Shown: positions 20,701-30,591, counted from the first letter of the stretch. The stretch is DNA of 64,000 nt from an uncultured virus (IMG/VR IMGVR_UViG_3300008459_007659) (IMGVR_UViG_3300008459_007659:62001-126000); one strand, 5' to 3'. Translations and numbers: made by a program. Notes: a model not told the origin generated them from the letters alone.

Positions 20701-23700
20701 TACAGATAACCTATATCCGTTTAAATCCGCATCATATCTATTCTTGAATAGTTTACCATTGGCAACTTTAAGAGAAAAATATAAAGAAGATAATGATGGT
20801 AGTTTTTCAGATTTAAATTACATTATATCCACATTTAAAAAATATGGTGGAATCCATAAAATACCATATGCGTGGGTACTTAAATATGGATCTATCTGGC
20901 ATAGATATAAAACTTGGACAGAAGATGGGGTTGATATTCTTGATGATGCGTGGACTAATTTTAATTATTCAGATAATTATGATCCCCAAAATAGTGCGGT
21001 TACTAAAACATATTCATTAGTTATTGATGGAATACCACAAGACATCGTTTTACAAGACACTATTATTAATGGGTTAAGTGAACAAACAAGAATTAATACA
21101 GGATTTTATCCTAAGTTAATTGATGACTTTAATGTATTTTACCAAGGTAAAAGAGTATTTGAAACTCAAGTACAAATTTCAGGTACTGCAACAATATTGG
21201 GTAATGTATTAACTGTTAGTACGGTTAGTGGTAATGATTTATTTGATGGTGCTATTCTATCAGGTAATGGTATTACTTTAGGCACCACAATTACGGGACA
21301 AACTAGCGGTACTTTGGGTGGTGTTGGTGTTTACGGTATTAATATACCACAAACCGCAACAACGGCAATTAGTTTTTATGTCACTAACCCACCGGCACAG
21401 TCATATTCAAATAGTGAGATACAAAGTGTTTTAGATGATAATATTTTATATTTAAAATCCGCAGCAGGATCAACAATAAATAAATTACCAGGATTTGATT
21501 TAAGTAATTTAAATCGTTCTTTAAGTTTGAAATCTTGGAGTTGTTTTGTTACAACATCAGATGGTAACAATATATTCCCAATACCATCATTTGGATCTTC
21601 AGTGAATCAAACTAAAGATGAATGTTTTAAAATTAATGGTGATTTAGCAACAGAAGTTGTTGATAACCCCGCAGTTTATAATGGTTCAGTTAGATTATTT
21701 TGGAAAGCACCAAATTATGGATATTTTGATAATGATAGATTAATTAAACCATCACCAAACAGTTATTTAAAACATATTAAAAATGACGAATCAATACAAC
21801 AGGCATTCTCAATTAATGGGGTATCGTCTGAATATACAAAAATAAGTGAGTTATTTACAACATTTGAAAAAGATATTTTAGACATAATGGAGAACGAGTT
21901 TTTAAATTTTAGCCGTTCTGTATATGATTATAACTCAAATATAAAATCAACTCTTGGGGTTGATACTGACACTGAAATTACAAACAATAATTTCCAATCT
22001 CTAATGAGATCGTTAATGAAAGTTCCAAAACCAAAAGATAACATAAATGGATCGGTTGTTATTAATGAAATACAAGAATCACAAATTAGTAACTTCAAAC
22101 AAGTGTTAGGAACATTTATGGATTATAAAGTTACCATGAAATACGGTAACCCATCAAATTTTGATAAGAAATTGTTTTACACATATTCAAATCAAATCTT
22201 AATTGATACATATAGTTTCCAAGGGTATAATGTCGGTTCACCAAATAGTTTACCAAGTGCTGGCGGGTCAATAACTTTATCACAGTCTAAAGCACAAAAT
22301 CCTGAAACTTGGAAAACTTTAGAAACTTATGTAGGATTTTCTGAGATACCGGAATTAGTTTATAGTGATAACGGTTCATACATTACCGATTTCTTTTTAG
22401 ATATGAATATTGAATTTACTGAAAATTCAATTAAGACATTATCACCGTTAATTAAAATATATGCCACTCAAAAATTAGAAGACAACAATTTTAATTCCAC
22501 AAAGTTTAGGACTTTAATGGATGGTTATATTAATAAAAGTAATACATATATTAATACTTTATTAGATTTAGAAATGACTAGATTGAGGAAAGAACTTCCT
22601 GATGTTAATATTAGTCAAACAAACACTAAAGTTAGGGCGGATTATGAAGGTGATCAAACTAGATATGAATTATGGGAATTATTTAAAACCATTAACGACA
22701 CATGGATTTCAGGTACCGACTTTAAAAGTAAGACTTTATTTGAAGATGTACTTTTAATGGACAGAGCCAGTAGAGATGTAGGACAACAAATATATGTGGA
22801 CATCTTCAAATTAAAAACATTAATTGATAGTTCTCTTGTTAAAAATAATATGTTGGATATTGTACAAACAATATTGACTGAAAATAATTTTGTTAACTTT
22901 GTTATTCCCGCATTTGCGAATTTTTATAATGTTAGAGATGTTAGTAAAAATGCGGTACCAAGACCTGAAGGCACTTTAGAATTTGCCAATACTTTATTTG
23001 GTACTTATTTAAATGTTGATTATAGAGAAACAGGTTCAAAGTTTGTTTGTTTATATGCTAATAAACCAAGTGAACATTTAGCACTTAACGATAATGTTGA
23101 TTACAGATATAGAGATGATGCGTTTGATTTGAGAAGAGCAACTGACAATCCGTTATTAGAAAATCAAGAAAACAAAACAAATTGGGCAACATCAAATAAA
23201 GTTGTTGGATTCAATGTTGATATTGGACCACAAAATCAACAAATTTTTAAACAAATTGATGTATCTCAAGATCCTGGATTACCAACTACCGAATCATTGG
23301 AAGTTCTAAACCAAATGGCTAATCAGGATAGAAACAGAGGTAGTTATACTCAAAGTGTTTCATTATATAATCTATATAAAAATAGAAGTTATAAATGTTC
23401 TATTGATATGATGGGTAATGCGTTGATACAACCTATGATGTACTTTAATTTAAGAAATGTTCCTTTATTTAGTGGACCTTATATGATATTAAAAGTAAGT
23501 CATAGAATTTCTCAAAATGGGTTTGACACGACATTTGAAGGGCAAAGACAACCTTTTTATAGTATACCTAAAATAGAAAGTTTCATACAATCAATCAGTA
23601 CTAAAATACTAAAAGATATTCAAGAAAGGATTAAACAGAATGAAGAAACAAAGACACAACAATCTGTGAATACATTATCTCAAACGGCAACTAAATTGGA

Positions 23701-24727
23701 TAATGTTAGTGAAACTAATACCACTCTTAATGTTAATCAAGCTTGTTCTTCGGCACTTAATGAGTCATATAAAAACTTTACAAATGCTACTGGTGATCCA
23801 TTAATGATAATGAGTTCTAGTGAAATAAATAAAAAAGATGCGGCAAATAAAATAAACGAATTAATTATTGCGAACGGTTCTTATAATAGTAATGACTCAA
23901 AAACTTTGGCATCATTTATATATAGTATTATGACGGTTGCCACAAAACCATCTGAGATTTTTAAGACTTATGGTAATAATTATGGGTTAATACCTTTGAA
24001 TACTAATTATGGTGGTTCTTTTGTTTTATTTGAAAACAAATACTATTGTAATAGTAAGAACATACCTATGGCGGTATTTTCATCATTTGATCAATTTGTG
24101 AATTTTATGATTGCCAAGTATGGACCTCAATTAGGTACCATAAAAAATTATGTATCAACAAATAATAATATTTCCGATCAAATCAAATATGGTAAGGCAT
24201 TTGCAACATTCTATATGGACAATTACCCAACCAATGAGGGACAATCATTATTTGATACTTTAATTGAAGAAAATAAAAATAAATTAGAAAAACTTTTTGG
24301 TAATGCTTATACTGATTATGTTAGTTCACAAAGACAATTTACATCACAATCAAGTACTACCACACCAAAACCTGCTAAACAAGTTGTCCAAGCCAATGGT
24401 GATCAGTTAATTCAAATGCAAATAGTAATATCACCTAATTCAGGAAAATGGAATATTGATTCGGCTGAAATTATATTTAATAAAAAACCTGAAGAATGTA
24501 CTGCAACAATAGGTGTAAAAATTAATGTACCAACATTCATTGCGACGAATAAACAGTCGTTTACAATGACAGCACAAGATTTACTTACTACGATAGGATG
24601 TACCCAAAATGGATCATACAACATTCAATTCAATGTTAACTCTATTCCAGTATTAGAAGATGGAATTACTACGGATACGACAAGAGCAATAGTTCCACAA
24701 TCGTTTTTAATTAAATGTCTTCTTTAA
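17768..24727 (+). CDS. giant baseplate hub protein (gp27/gpD/VgrG-like)
   Basis: Follows the LysM gene. Hub-type motif YKCSIDMMGNALIQP...SGPYMILKVSHRI..GFDTTFEG near residue 1900; 2319 aa with large insertions. Confidence 0.65.
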   Translation: MVDNGENILVEFDYQNISVIDPNKVIDENGMARERLVNQEDLVFYANLECSVLPRTKLAIGVPLEDSVRTISVGKINFLNPGDSKFLEEIYVDEITGKDSLQGKGINQQKIDKITNPNQSDDYFYRQTTLTNGNPGSTDTGMLGITQINISYGTDFLPVIDITMEDVKGRALFEAGSNSPYAAFFQLPYPLFYLTIKGYLGKAVRLPLMLRTFNASFDPSSGNFRVQLQMYTYKYTILSSVNWQAMMSTPLMFQSAIETVPQTTTGNGNKNDKVESGWSSKGYSKIKELYAEYKSKGLISDNFPEITIQELQINLNTFLKNIIDNYPKTNLDTLNSLSDYSKVLDRYEQEVYLYSGVDSWYGKYLDTKNPFVTFPPTGQKDGYVLYQFKEEYKSSQKQQEALTELSGIVKRNNESLRGNTVLGDGKPNSIPVDIFVDLQKNTSTFFYNTDVNNIDINKTYAQRNGKEISFTATTSVQNQIRTQFDSSPKFFFKGTASFIDKTTTIRENYQTKKQAIEEQLSKDLILNISKSASEGGIGFSPTIRNVLAVFFAQGEAFLRLLDEVHAKAWDLRDDTIRKAAVLSTSSGANSVDLKDLTVLETPIYPWPQVIVENNLKEGERYELKYPGDTSIATKIRAYQPEIWPEVEFVEDFIKATYERKVPEKFPTDTNNQQLKPNRLSFNAIEFPINNQVYQNVEEVKFFYEIYERLLINAFYSKLSRDSNKTFNMTEYYSESEVLNMLESLGDDNPFLTKKLKEYNLNSGIYLSFLRHISNGGTGESWQNYIRGEFNTSYIKNDVSTSFKLYNQDILTNEKSQPLLSIKDNSYAKEYFGNANIVENFDFTDTYPITNLSWIKNYLADGKDIQKKEDVFKTNQVLEYNTIIKSITNYDDTVDAKDKQPVTSFNYKSNNSGTFNQPIILADLKTFYNTRTIKNQYTTEGNISYFDYDNKLVSEQTTSILNTPYFINAIQKGVYDFRYTDNLYPFKSASYLFLNSLPLATLREKYKEDNDGSFSDLNYIISTFKKYGGIHKIPYAWVLKYGSIWHRYKTWTEDGVDILDDAWTNFNYSDNYDPQNSAVTKTYSLVIDGIPQDIVLQDTIINGLSEQTRINTGFYPKLIDDFNVFYQGKRVFETQVQISGTATILGNVLTVSTVSGNDLFDGAILSGNGITLGTTITGQTSGTLGGVGVYGINIPQTATTAISFYVTNPPAQSYSNSEIQSVLDDNILYLKSAAGSTINKLPGFDLSNLNRSLSLKSWSCFVTTSDGNNIFPIPSFGSSVNQTKDECFKINGDLATEVVDNPAVYNGSVRLFWKAPNYGYFDNDRLIKPSPNSYLKHIKNDESIQQAFSINGVSSEYTKISELFTTFEKDILDIMENEFLNFSRSVYDYNSNIKSTLGVDTDTEITNNNFQSLMRSLMKVPKPKDNINGSVVINEIQESQISNFKQVLGTFMDYKVTMKYGNPSNFDKKLFYTYSNQILIDTYSFQGYNVGSPNSLPSAGGSITLSQSKAQNPETWKTLETYVGFSEIPELVYSDNGSYITDFFLDMNIEFTENSIKTLSPLIKIYATQKLEDNNFNSTKFRTLMDGYINKSNTYINTLLDLEMTRLRKELPDVNISQTNTKVRADYEGDQTRYELWELFKTINDTWISGTDFKSKTLFEDVLLMDRASRDVGQQIYVDIFKLKTLIDSSLVKNNMLDIVQTILTENNFVNFVIPAFANFYNVRDVSKNAVPRPEGTLEFANTLFGTYLNVDYRETGSKFVCLYANKPSEHLALNDNVDYRYRDDAFDLRRATDNPLLENQENKTNWATSNKVVGFNVDIGPQNQQIFKQIDVSQDPGLPTTESLEVLNQMANQDRNRGSYTQSVSLYNLYKNRSYKCSIDMMGNALIQPMMYFNLRNVPLFSGPYMILKVSHRISQNGFDTTFEGQRQPFYSIPKIESFIQSISTKILKDIQERIKQNEETKTQQSVNTLSQTATKLDNVSETNTTLNVNQACSSALNESYKNFTNATGDPLMIMSSSEINKKDAANKINELIIANGSYNSNDSKTLASFIYSIMTVATKPSEIFKTYGNNYGLIPLNTNYGGSFVLFENKYYCNSKNIPMAVFSSFDQFVNFMIAKYGPQLGTIKNYVSTNNNISDQIKYGKAFATFYMDNYPTNEGQSLFDTLIEENKNKLEKLFGNAYTDYVSSQRQFTSQSSTTTPKPAKQVVQANGDQLIQMQIVISPNSGKWNIDSAEIIFNKKPEECTATIGVKINVPTFIATNKQSFTMTAQDLLTTIGCTQNGSYNIQFNVNSIPVLEDGITTDTTRAIVPQSFLIKCLL

Positions 24728-24766
24728 TTTTTCATAATGTTATGATATTTATAAATAAAAATAGAT

Positions 24767-24994
24767 ATGAGTAATACTAAATTAATTTTGGATAACTACT
24801 TGGGTAAAAACACAAGAGTTACGGAGAAAGATAAAGGAAATGGGTATAAAGAAGTTTGTGATTTGGATACTGGAGACTGTTATACTATCAGAATGAAAGA
24901 CGGACTAATAGAAAGAGTTGATAATACAATGAACACTAATAAAAAAATCCAAGTGGAAACCAAAACAGGTATAAAACAATTATTAAATGGTTAA
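24767..24994 (+). CDS. hypothetical protein
   Basis: 75-aa ORF with ATG, preceded by TATTTATAAATA; overlaps the next gene. Confidence 0.7.
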   Translation: MSNTKLILDNYLGKNTRVTEKDKGNGYKEVCDLDTGDCYTIRMKDGLIERVDNTMNTNKKIQVETKTGIKQLLNG

Positions 24995-25652
24995 TATGAA
25001 AATAGATAAAAAAATATTAGAAGAAATTAACAGATATAAGTCAATTAATAATTATATAATGGAACAAGACGCTCCTGTTGAACCAGACCCTGCGGCGGCT
25101 CCACTACCGGCACCTGATGCTGGATTACCACCTGCACCTGGAGCTGAGACACCTGCTCCCGGAGCTTTACCTCCACCACCCGCACCTGAAGCTGAGACAC
25201 CACAACCAATTGATGTGGCGCAAGACCCTGATGTTGAAGAAGTTGGTAAAGATGAAGAGGATAAAGAAGAACTTGAAATCACTGACTTAGTAAATAGTCA
25301 AAAAAATATTGAAACAAAACAAGATGAATATTTTGACAATCTATTTAAACAACTTGAAAATTTAGAAAGTAAATTGGGTGAAATGGATAATTTAATGTCT
25401 GCGGTTAATTCATTAGAACAAAAAATTGAAAAATATCGACCTAAAACACCTGAAGAAAAACTTGAATTAAGAAGTTTAGATTCTGGTCCTTTTAATCAAA
25501 AACTATCTGATTATTTTGAAGATAAAGAAGATCAGTTTGAAAAACAAGGTAGAGAAGAATATATTCTAACAACTGATGAGGCTGAAGATTTTTCACCAAA
25601 ACAAATTAAAGATACTTTTGATACATACGATGACGATGATATGATGCCTTAA
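24987..25652 (+). CDS. acidic Pro/Ala-rich coiled-coil protein, possibly scaffold or internal head protein
   Basis: ILEEINRY..IMEQ leader, PAPGAETPAP low-complexity tract and heptad region (LFKQLENLESKLGEMDNL). The true start may be the ATG at 24996. Confidence 0.45.
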   Translation: MVNMKIDKKILEEINRYKSINNYIMEQDAPVEPDPAAAPLPAPDAGLPPAPGAETPAPGALPPPPAPEAETPQPIDVAQDPDVEEVGKDEEDKEELEITDLVNSQKNIETKQDEYFDNLFKQLENLESKLGEMDNLMSAVNSLEQKIEKYRPKTPEEKLELRSLDSGPFNQKLSDYFEDKEDQFEKQGREEYILTTDEAEDFSPKQIKDTFDTYDDDDMMP

Positions 25653-25656
25653 TTAA

Positions 25657-25680
25657 GGGAGGGACATCCGTGTCCCTCTC
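25657..25680. terminator. GC-rich hairpin between the structural and replication blocks
   Basis: GGGAGGGACA-TCCG-TGTCCCTCTC, 10-bp stem. No immediate U tract, so terminator function is uncertain. Confidence 0.5.
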
Positions 25681-25698
25681 AAAATTTTTGAATACATA

Positions 25699-25727
25699 TT
25701 GACTGCGACACTTTTTTAATTTATACT
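25699..25727 (+). promoter_or_regulatory. sigma70-type promoter for the replication block
   Basis: TTGACT, 17-nt spacer, TATACT; 31 nt before the SSB ATG. No TATTTAT motif in this gap. Confidence 0.65.
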
Positions 25728-25758
25728 TCCTATTGTAAACTTTTAATAACACAAATAT

Positions 25759-26622
25759 ATGGCGACAAACAATGTTTTAGATGCAGTTTTGGCTCAGTAC
25801 GAGAACTCAAAACAAGGTAGTTCATCTTCTACCTCAAAAATGACACAAGATGAGAGAATGAAAAAATATTTTGCTGCAATTCTTAAAGACAGTGAAAAAC
25901 AAGGTCAGAAACGACTACGAATTCTACCAACAACCGATGGATCATCTCCTTTTAAAGAGGTTTGGTTTCATGAAGTTAAAGTAGATGGAAAATGGGTTAA
26001 ACTTTACGATCCAGGTAAAAACGACAATGAGCGTTCACCATTAAATGAAGTTCACGATGATTTAATGTCAACAGGTAAAGATTCCGATAAGGAAATTGCC
26101 AAACAATATAAAGCTCGTAAATTTTATATCGTTAAAGTTATTGATCGTGACAACGAACAAGACGGTGTTAAATTTTGGAGATTTAAACACAATTACAAAC
26201 AAGAAGGTATTCTTGACAAAATCATTCCTATTTGGAAAGCAAAAGGTGATGTTACCGATGCTGATAAAGGTAGAGATTTGATTTTGGAGTTGACAAAGGC
26301 AAAAACAAATGCGGGAATTAACTATACTGTAATTCAAACTGTTATGTATGATGATCCAGCACCACTTCACGAAGACACGGACACTATGAAAGAATGGGTT
26401 AGTGATGAATTGACTTGGGAGGATGTCTACTCTAAAAAACCTGTAGAATATCTTGAAGCAATTTCTCGTGGAGAAACACCAAGATGGGATTCTGATAAAG
26501 GTGGGTATGTTTATGCTAATGATGAGGTTGCTGAAACTTCTATCGGAGGTACTAAATCAAAACCAACACCTGTTGTTGATCCTCAACAAAATGAGGAAAT
26601 TGACGAAGAGTTACCATTCTAA
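25759..26622 (+). CDS. single-stranded DNA-binding protein (T4 gp32-like)
   Basis: RLRILP, PFKEVWFH, YIVKVIDRD.E.DGVKFW, D..KGRDL.L, and an acidic tail ending EIDEELPF. Confidence 0.85.
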   Translation: MATNNVLDAVLAQYENSKQGSSSSTSKMTQDERMKKYFAAILKDSEKQGQKRLRILPTTDGSSPFKEVWFHEVKVDGKWVKLYDPGKNDNERSPLNEVHDDLMSTGKDSDKEIAKQYKARKFYIVKVIDRDNEQDGVKFWRFKHNYKQEGILDKIIPIWKAKGDVTDADKGRDLILELTKAKTNAGINYTVIQTVMYDDPAPLHEDTDTMKEWVSDELTWEDVYSKKPVEYLEAISRGETPRWDSDKGGYVYANDEVAETSIGGTKSKPTPVVDPQQNEEIDEELPF

Positions 26623-26641
26623 AAAAAAGAACCTATAGTGT

Positions 26642-26674
26642 AGGTAGTGATTTACAAAGTCACTACCTTTTTTT
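26642..26674 (+). terminator. intrinsic terminator between SSB and recombinase
   Basis: AGGTAGTGA...TCACTACCT stem followed by a T run. Confidence 0.8.
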
Positions 26675-26697
26675 ATCTTTTAACAAAACAAACTATT

Positions 26698-27687
26698 ATG
26701 GCAATTAAAAAGAAAGAAGTATCATTTGATAGTATCAAAAGTAAATTTTCTACAAAGACAAAATACAAACCTGAAAGTTTTTATAACTGTGGTGAGGCGT
26801 TTATGGAGGCTTGTGGATTACCAGGTCCTGTAATGGGAGGTATTAATATGTTCTTGGGACACTCAAACACATCAAAAACAACGGCAATGATTCTTGCTGC
26901 TGCTGATGCTCAAAGAAAAGGACATTTACCTGTTCTTATTATTACTGAAAAGAAATGGTCATGGGAACACGCAATTGAACTTGGATTACAAGTTGAAAAA
27001 ACTGAAGATGGTGAATATGATGGTATGTTCATTTTTAACGATTCTTTTGATGTGATTGAACAAGCAACTGAGTTCATTAATGATATCCTTGACGCACAAG
27101 AAAAAGGTGACATCCCTTATAGTTTATTATTCCTTTGGGATAGTATCGGATCAATCCCTTGTCAAATGACATTTGATGGTAAAGGTGGTGGAATGCACAA
27201 TGCGAAAGTATTAGCGGACAAAATTGGTATGGGAATCCATTCTCGTATCTCTAAATCAAAAAAAGAAGATTACCCATATTACAACACTTTAGTGGTGTTA
27301 AATCAACCTTGGGTACTACTTCCCGATAATCCATTCGGACAACCTGAGATTCAAGCAAAAGGAGGAACTGCAGTATGGTTAGCAAGTAGTTTAGTATTCT
27401 TATTTGGTAATCAAAAGAAAGCGGGTATCAGTCATATTGATGCAACTAAAAATGGTAGAAAAGTATCATTTGCAATTAGAACAAAAATCTCTATTTTGAA
27501 AAACCATGTTAATGGTATTGGATATAAAGATGGTAAAATAATTGCAGTACCTCATGGATATATAACCGATACAAAAGATTCTTTGGATAAATATAAAAAA
27601 GAATATTCGGATTATTGGGTACAAAAAATGGGGGATTCAAACTATACATTAGATGAGTCTGTTGCATATGATGAAGAAGTAGAGTAA
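26698..27687 (+). CDS. RecA/UvsX-like recombinase
   Basis: Probable ATG at 26698, after the terminator. GLPGP..GGI, Walker A GHSNTSKTT, Walker B FLWDSIG, VVLNQ, KGG.A, KNHV. Confidence 0.88.
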   Translation: MAIKKKEVSFDSIKSKFSTKTKYKPESFYNCGEAFMEACGLPGPVMGGINMFLGHSNTSKTTAMILAAADAQRKGHLPVLIITEKKWSWEHAIELGLQVEKTEDGEYDGMFIFNDSFDVIEQATEFINDILDAQEKGDIPYSLLFLWDSIGSIPCQMTFDGKGGGMHNAKVLADKIGMGIHSRISKSKKEDYPYYNTLVVLNQPWVLLPDNPFGQPEIQAKGGTAVWLASSLVFLFGNQKKAGISHIDATKNGRKVSFAIRTKISILKNHVNGIGYKDGKIIAVPHGYITDTKDSLDKYKKEYSDYWVQKMGDSNYTLDESVAYDEEVE

Positions 27688-27715
27688 TATTGTAGAACGA
27701 ATTAATCGTATTAAA

Positions 27716-28732
27716 ATGACCAAGACACTTATTGTTGATGGTAACAATTTATTAAAAATAGGTTTTCACGGAGTTAAAGATTTCTTTAATGAAGGAGAAC
27801 ACATTGGAGGAACTTGGCATTTTCTTAATACTTTGCGCAAATTCTTAGAAGAATCCAATTTTAACAAAGTAGTTGTTTTTTGGGACGGTGATGAAAATTC
27901 GTCCCAAAGAAAATTACTTTATCCGAAATATAAGGGTAATAGAAAATCATCTTATACTGAAGAAAAAACATATTCATTTAATACCCAAAAACAGAGAGTA
28001 AAACAATATCTTGAAGAGATGTTTGTTAGACAATTAGAAGTTGATAATTCTGAAGCGGATGATTTAATTGCTTATTATTGTCAAATATCTGAAGATGAGG
28101 ATAAAACAATATTTTCATCAGATAAGGATCTTACACAACTTATTTCCGAAAAGGTGACAATATATTCACCACAACAAAAAAAATACTATAAAAATGGGGA
28201 TAAAATAAAAATCAAAGATTATAGTATTCCACATTATAACATAATGACATTTAAGATAGTTGCTGGTGACACCTCAGATAATATTGATGGTATCAGTTTA
28301 CTTGGTGAGAAAACTTTAGTCAAATTATTTCCTGAGATACTTGATTCGCAAGTATCATTTACCGATATTTTAAACAAAGGTAGGAAGTTGTTAGAGAATC
28401 AAAATAAAAGTGTAGTTTTGAATAATCTATCAAGTGGAAAAACCAAAGAAGGGGTACTTGGGGAAAAGTTCTTCAGCGTGAATCAAATATTAGTTGATTT
28501 ATCCAACCCGTTAATAAATGAAGAAGGGAAAAAGTTAGTTGAATTATATTATTCAGAAACTTTGGATCCTGATGGGAGAGGATACAGAAACTTAATAAAG
28601 ATGATGATGGAAGATGGATTCTTTAGGTATCTACCAAAGGGTGATGATGCTTGGGTAAATTTCTTAAAACCATTTTTAAAATTAACAAGAAAAGAAAAAA
28701 CAAATTACAGAAACAAAAAAACAAATTTATGA
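27716..28732 (+). CDS. 5'-3' exonuclease / flap endonuclease (T4 RNase H, Pol I 5'-nuclease family)
   Basis: LIVDGNN, YKGNR, EADDLIA, SSDKDLTQL, GDTSDNIDGI..LGEKT. Confidence 0.93.
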   Translation: MTKTLIVDGNNLLKIGFHGVKDFFNEGEHIGGTWHFLNTLRKFLEESNFNKVVVFWDGDENSSQRKLLYPKYKGNRKSSYTEEKTYSFNTQKQRVKQYLEEMFVRQLEVDNSEADDLIAYYCQISEDEDKTIFSSDKDLTQLISEKVTIYSPQQKKYYKNGDKIKIKDYSIPHYNIMTFKIVAGDTSDNIDGISLLGEKTLVKLFPEILDSQVSFTDILNKGRKLLENQNKSVVLNNLSSGKTKEGVLGEKFFSVNQILVDLSNPLINEEGKKLVELYYSETLDPDGRGYRNLIKMMMEDGFFRYLPKGDDAWVNFLKPFLKLTRKEKTNYRNKKTNL

Positions 28733-29178
28733 AAGATTTAGATTTTACAAAAGTGGAATTCCTATTGAAATGTAACGAAAACATTATCGTTCAGAGATTC
28801 TTTAATGTTAGGGGATTTAATCCTAAGTCAAGAAATTCGTTTAATGTATATGAATACATTGGAGATTTGTGTGACAAATTGAAAAGCGATTTAAAGATGA
28901 GAACGATTGTTTATATGTTAGACAATCAGTATGAAATTCAGGAGAATCCTGATGTTCTTAACACATCAAATACTGATGGTGATGAGAACTTTCACATGAT
29001 AATTAGAGTTGGAGATATGACAATTTGTCATAGAGTGTTTGAGGCTAAAGTATACCCTCCGAAGGTAAGATATACCGTGGACCTACGCCCACAACTAAAA
29101 GGGATATTATCCGACCTAACTGACATTTTTTCAGGTAAAAAATTTAATATTGAGTATGCTGGATTTAGTTTAGTTTGA
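28729..29178 (+). CDS. hypothetical protein in the replication block
   Basis: Likely start is the ATG at 28729 (ATGA overlap with the exonuclease stop), not the track's 28651. Confidence 0.7.
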   Translation: MKDLDFTKVEFLLKCNENIIVQRFFNVRGFNPKSRNSFNVYEYIGDLCDKLKSDLKMRTIVYMLDNQYEIQENPDVLNTSNTDGDENFHMIIRVGDMTICHRVFEAKVYPPKVRYTVDLRPQLKGILSDLTDIFSGKKFNIEYAGFSLV

Positions 29179-29211
29179 TACTATTTATCTTAACAAACAA
29201 ATTAAAAAACT

Positions 29212-30591
29212 ATGGCGACACACAAAAACTTTGATTATTTAGGTAACAATTTTCAGATTCAATTGCTGAATCAAATTATTTTAGACAAGGATTTTTCACA
29301 CTCAATTATTGATGTGATTGAACCAAGTTATTTTGAAAACAAGTATTTCAAAATCATCATTCAAATGGTGAAAGAGTATTATAAAAAATACAATCATACA
29401 CCATCATTTGATACATTAGAACAAGTTACAAAATCAGAACTACAACAAGAAATGGCATCTAAAGTTGTTTTGGATATGATTACCAAAATTAAGGATGCAC
29501 CTATCGAGGGAGGGGATTTTGTACAAGAGAAGGCTCTTAAGTTTTGTAAACAACAAGAGGTAGTAAAAGTAATGAGTAAGGCTCAAAAAATCATTGACGG
29601 TGGTGAATTTGAAAACTATGACACCATTGAAGAAATGTTTAGAGGAGCGATTCAAGTAGGAGAGAAAGACACAAGTACTTCAAGTGTTTTTAGTAACTTG
29701 GATCAAGTCTTGGATGACGACTATAGACATCCAATCCCAATGGGAATTCCTGGTATTGACAGACTGTTAAAAGGAGGTTTAGCAAAAGGCGAAATCGGTG
29801 TTGTTTTGGCACCAACTGGTGTTGGTAAATCAACCCTTTTAACTAAGATTGCGAACCATGCATTTAACATGGGAAACAGTGTACTTCAAATATTTTTTGA
29901 AGACAACCCAAAGATAATTCAAAGAAAACATTTTACTCTTTGGACTAAAATACATCCTGACGATTTGTCAGAAAAAAGAGATGAGGTAACATCTAGGGTT
30001 AGGGAAATTGAAGAGACTATGCCTAACAAACTAATTATGAAAAAATTGCCATCAGATACTGTGACGATGTTGCAAATTAAAAATCAAGTTAGGAAAATGA
30101 TTGCTGATGGGACAAAAATTGATATGATTTTATTAGATTATATTGATTGTGTTGTACCTGACAAAAATTTAGGTGATGAGTGGAAAAGTGAGGGTTCTGT
30201 AATGAGAGGTTTTGAGGCGATGTGTCACGAACTTAACATTGTAGGATGGACTGCTACTCAAGGTAATAGAAATTCCATTTCTTCTGAAGTTGTAACAACT
30301 GATCAAATGGGTGGTTCTATTAAAAAGGCACAAGTAGGTCATGTTATTATTTCTGTGGCTAAGACATTACAACAAAAAGAAATGAAATTAGCAACAATCG
30401 CCATAACTAAATCAAGAATTGGTGATGACGGTATCGTATTTGAAAACTGTAAATTTGATAACGGTATGTTAGAAATTGATACCGAAAGTTCAATGACTTT
30501 CTTAGGAGTTGAGGAACAAAAAGAAGAAAGACAGCGTCAGCGTGTTAAAGAGTTGATGGAGAAAAGAAAACAAAAAGAACAAAATAATTGA
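29212..30591 (+). CDS. replicative DNA helicase (DnaB / T4 gp41 family)
   Basis: GIDRLLKGGL, Walker A APTGVGKST, Walker B LLDYID, WTATQGNR, KSRIG. Confidence 0.93.
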   Translation: MATHKNFDYLGNNFQIQLLNQIILDKDFSHSIIDVIEPSYFENKYFKIIIQMVKEYYKKYNHTPSFDTLEQVTKSELQQEMASKVVLDMITKIKDAPIEGGDFVQEKALKFCKQQEVVKVMSKAQKIIDGGEFENYDTIEEMFRGAIQVGEKDTSTSSVFSNLDQVLDDDYRHPIPMGIPGIDRLLKGGLAKGEIGVVLAPTGVGKSTLLTKIANHAFNMGNSVLQIFFEDNPKIIQRKHFTLWTKIHPDDLSEKRDEVTSRVREIEETMPNKLIMKKLPSDTVTMLQIKNQVRKMIADGTKIDMILLDYIDCVVPDKNLGDEWKSEGSVMRGFEAMCHELNIVGWTATQGNRNSISSEVVTTDQMGGSIKKAQVGHVIISVAKTLQQKEMKLATIAITKSRIGDDGIVFENCKFDNGMLEIDTESSMTFLGVEEQKEERQRQRVKELMEKRKQKEQNN

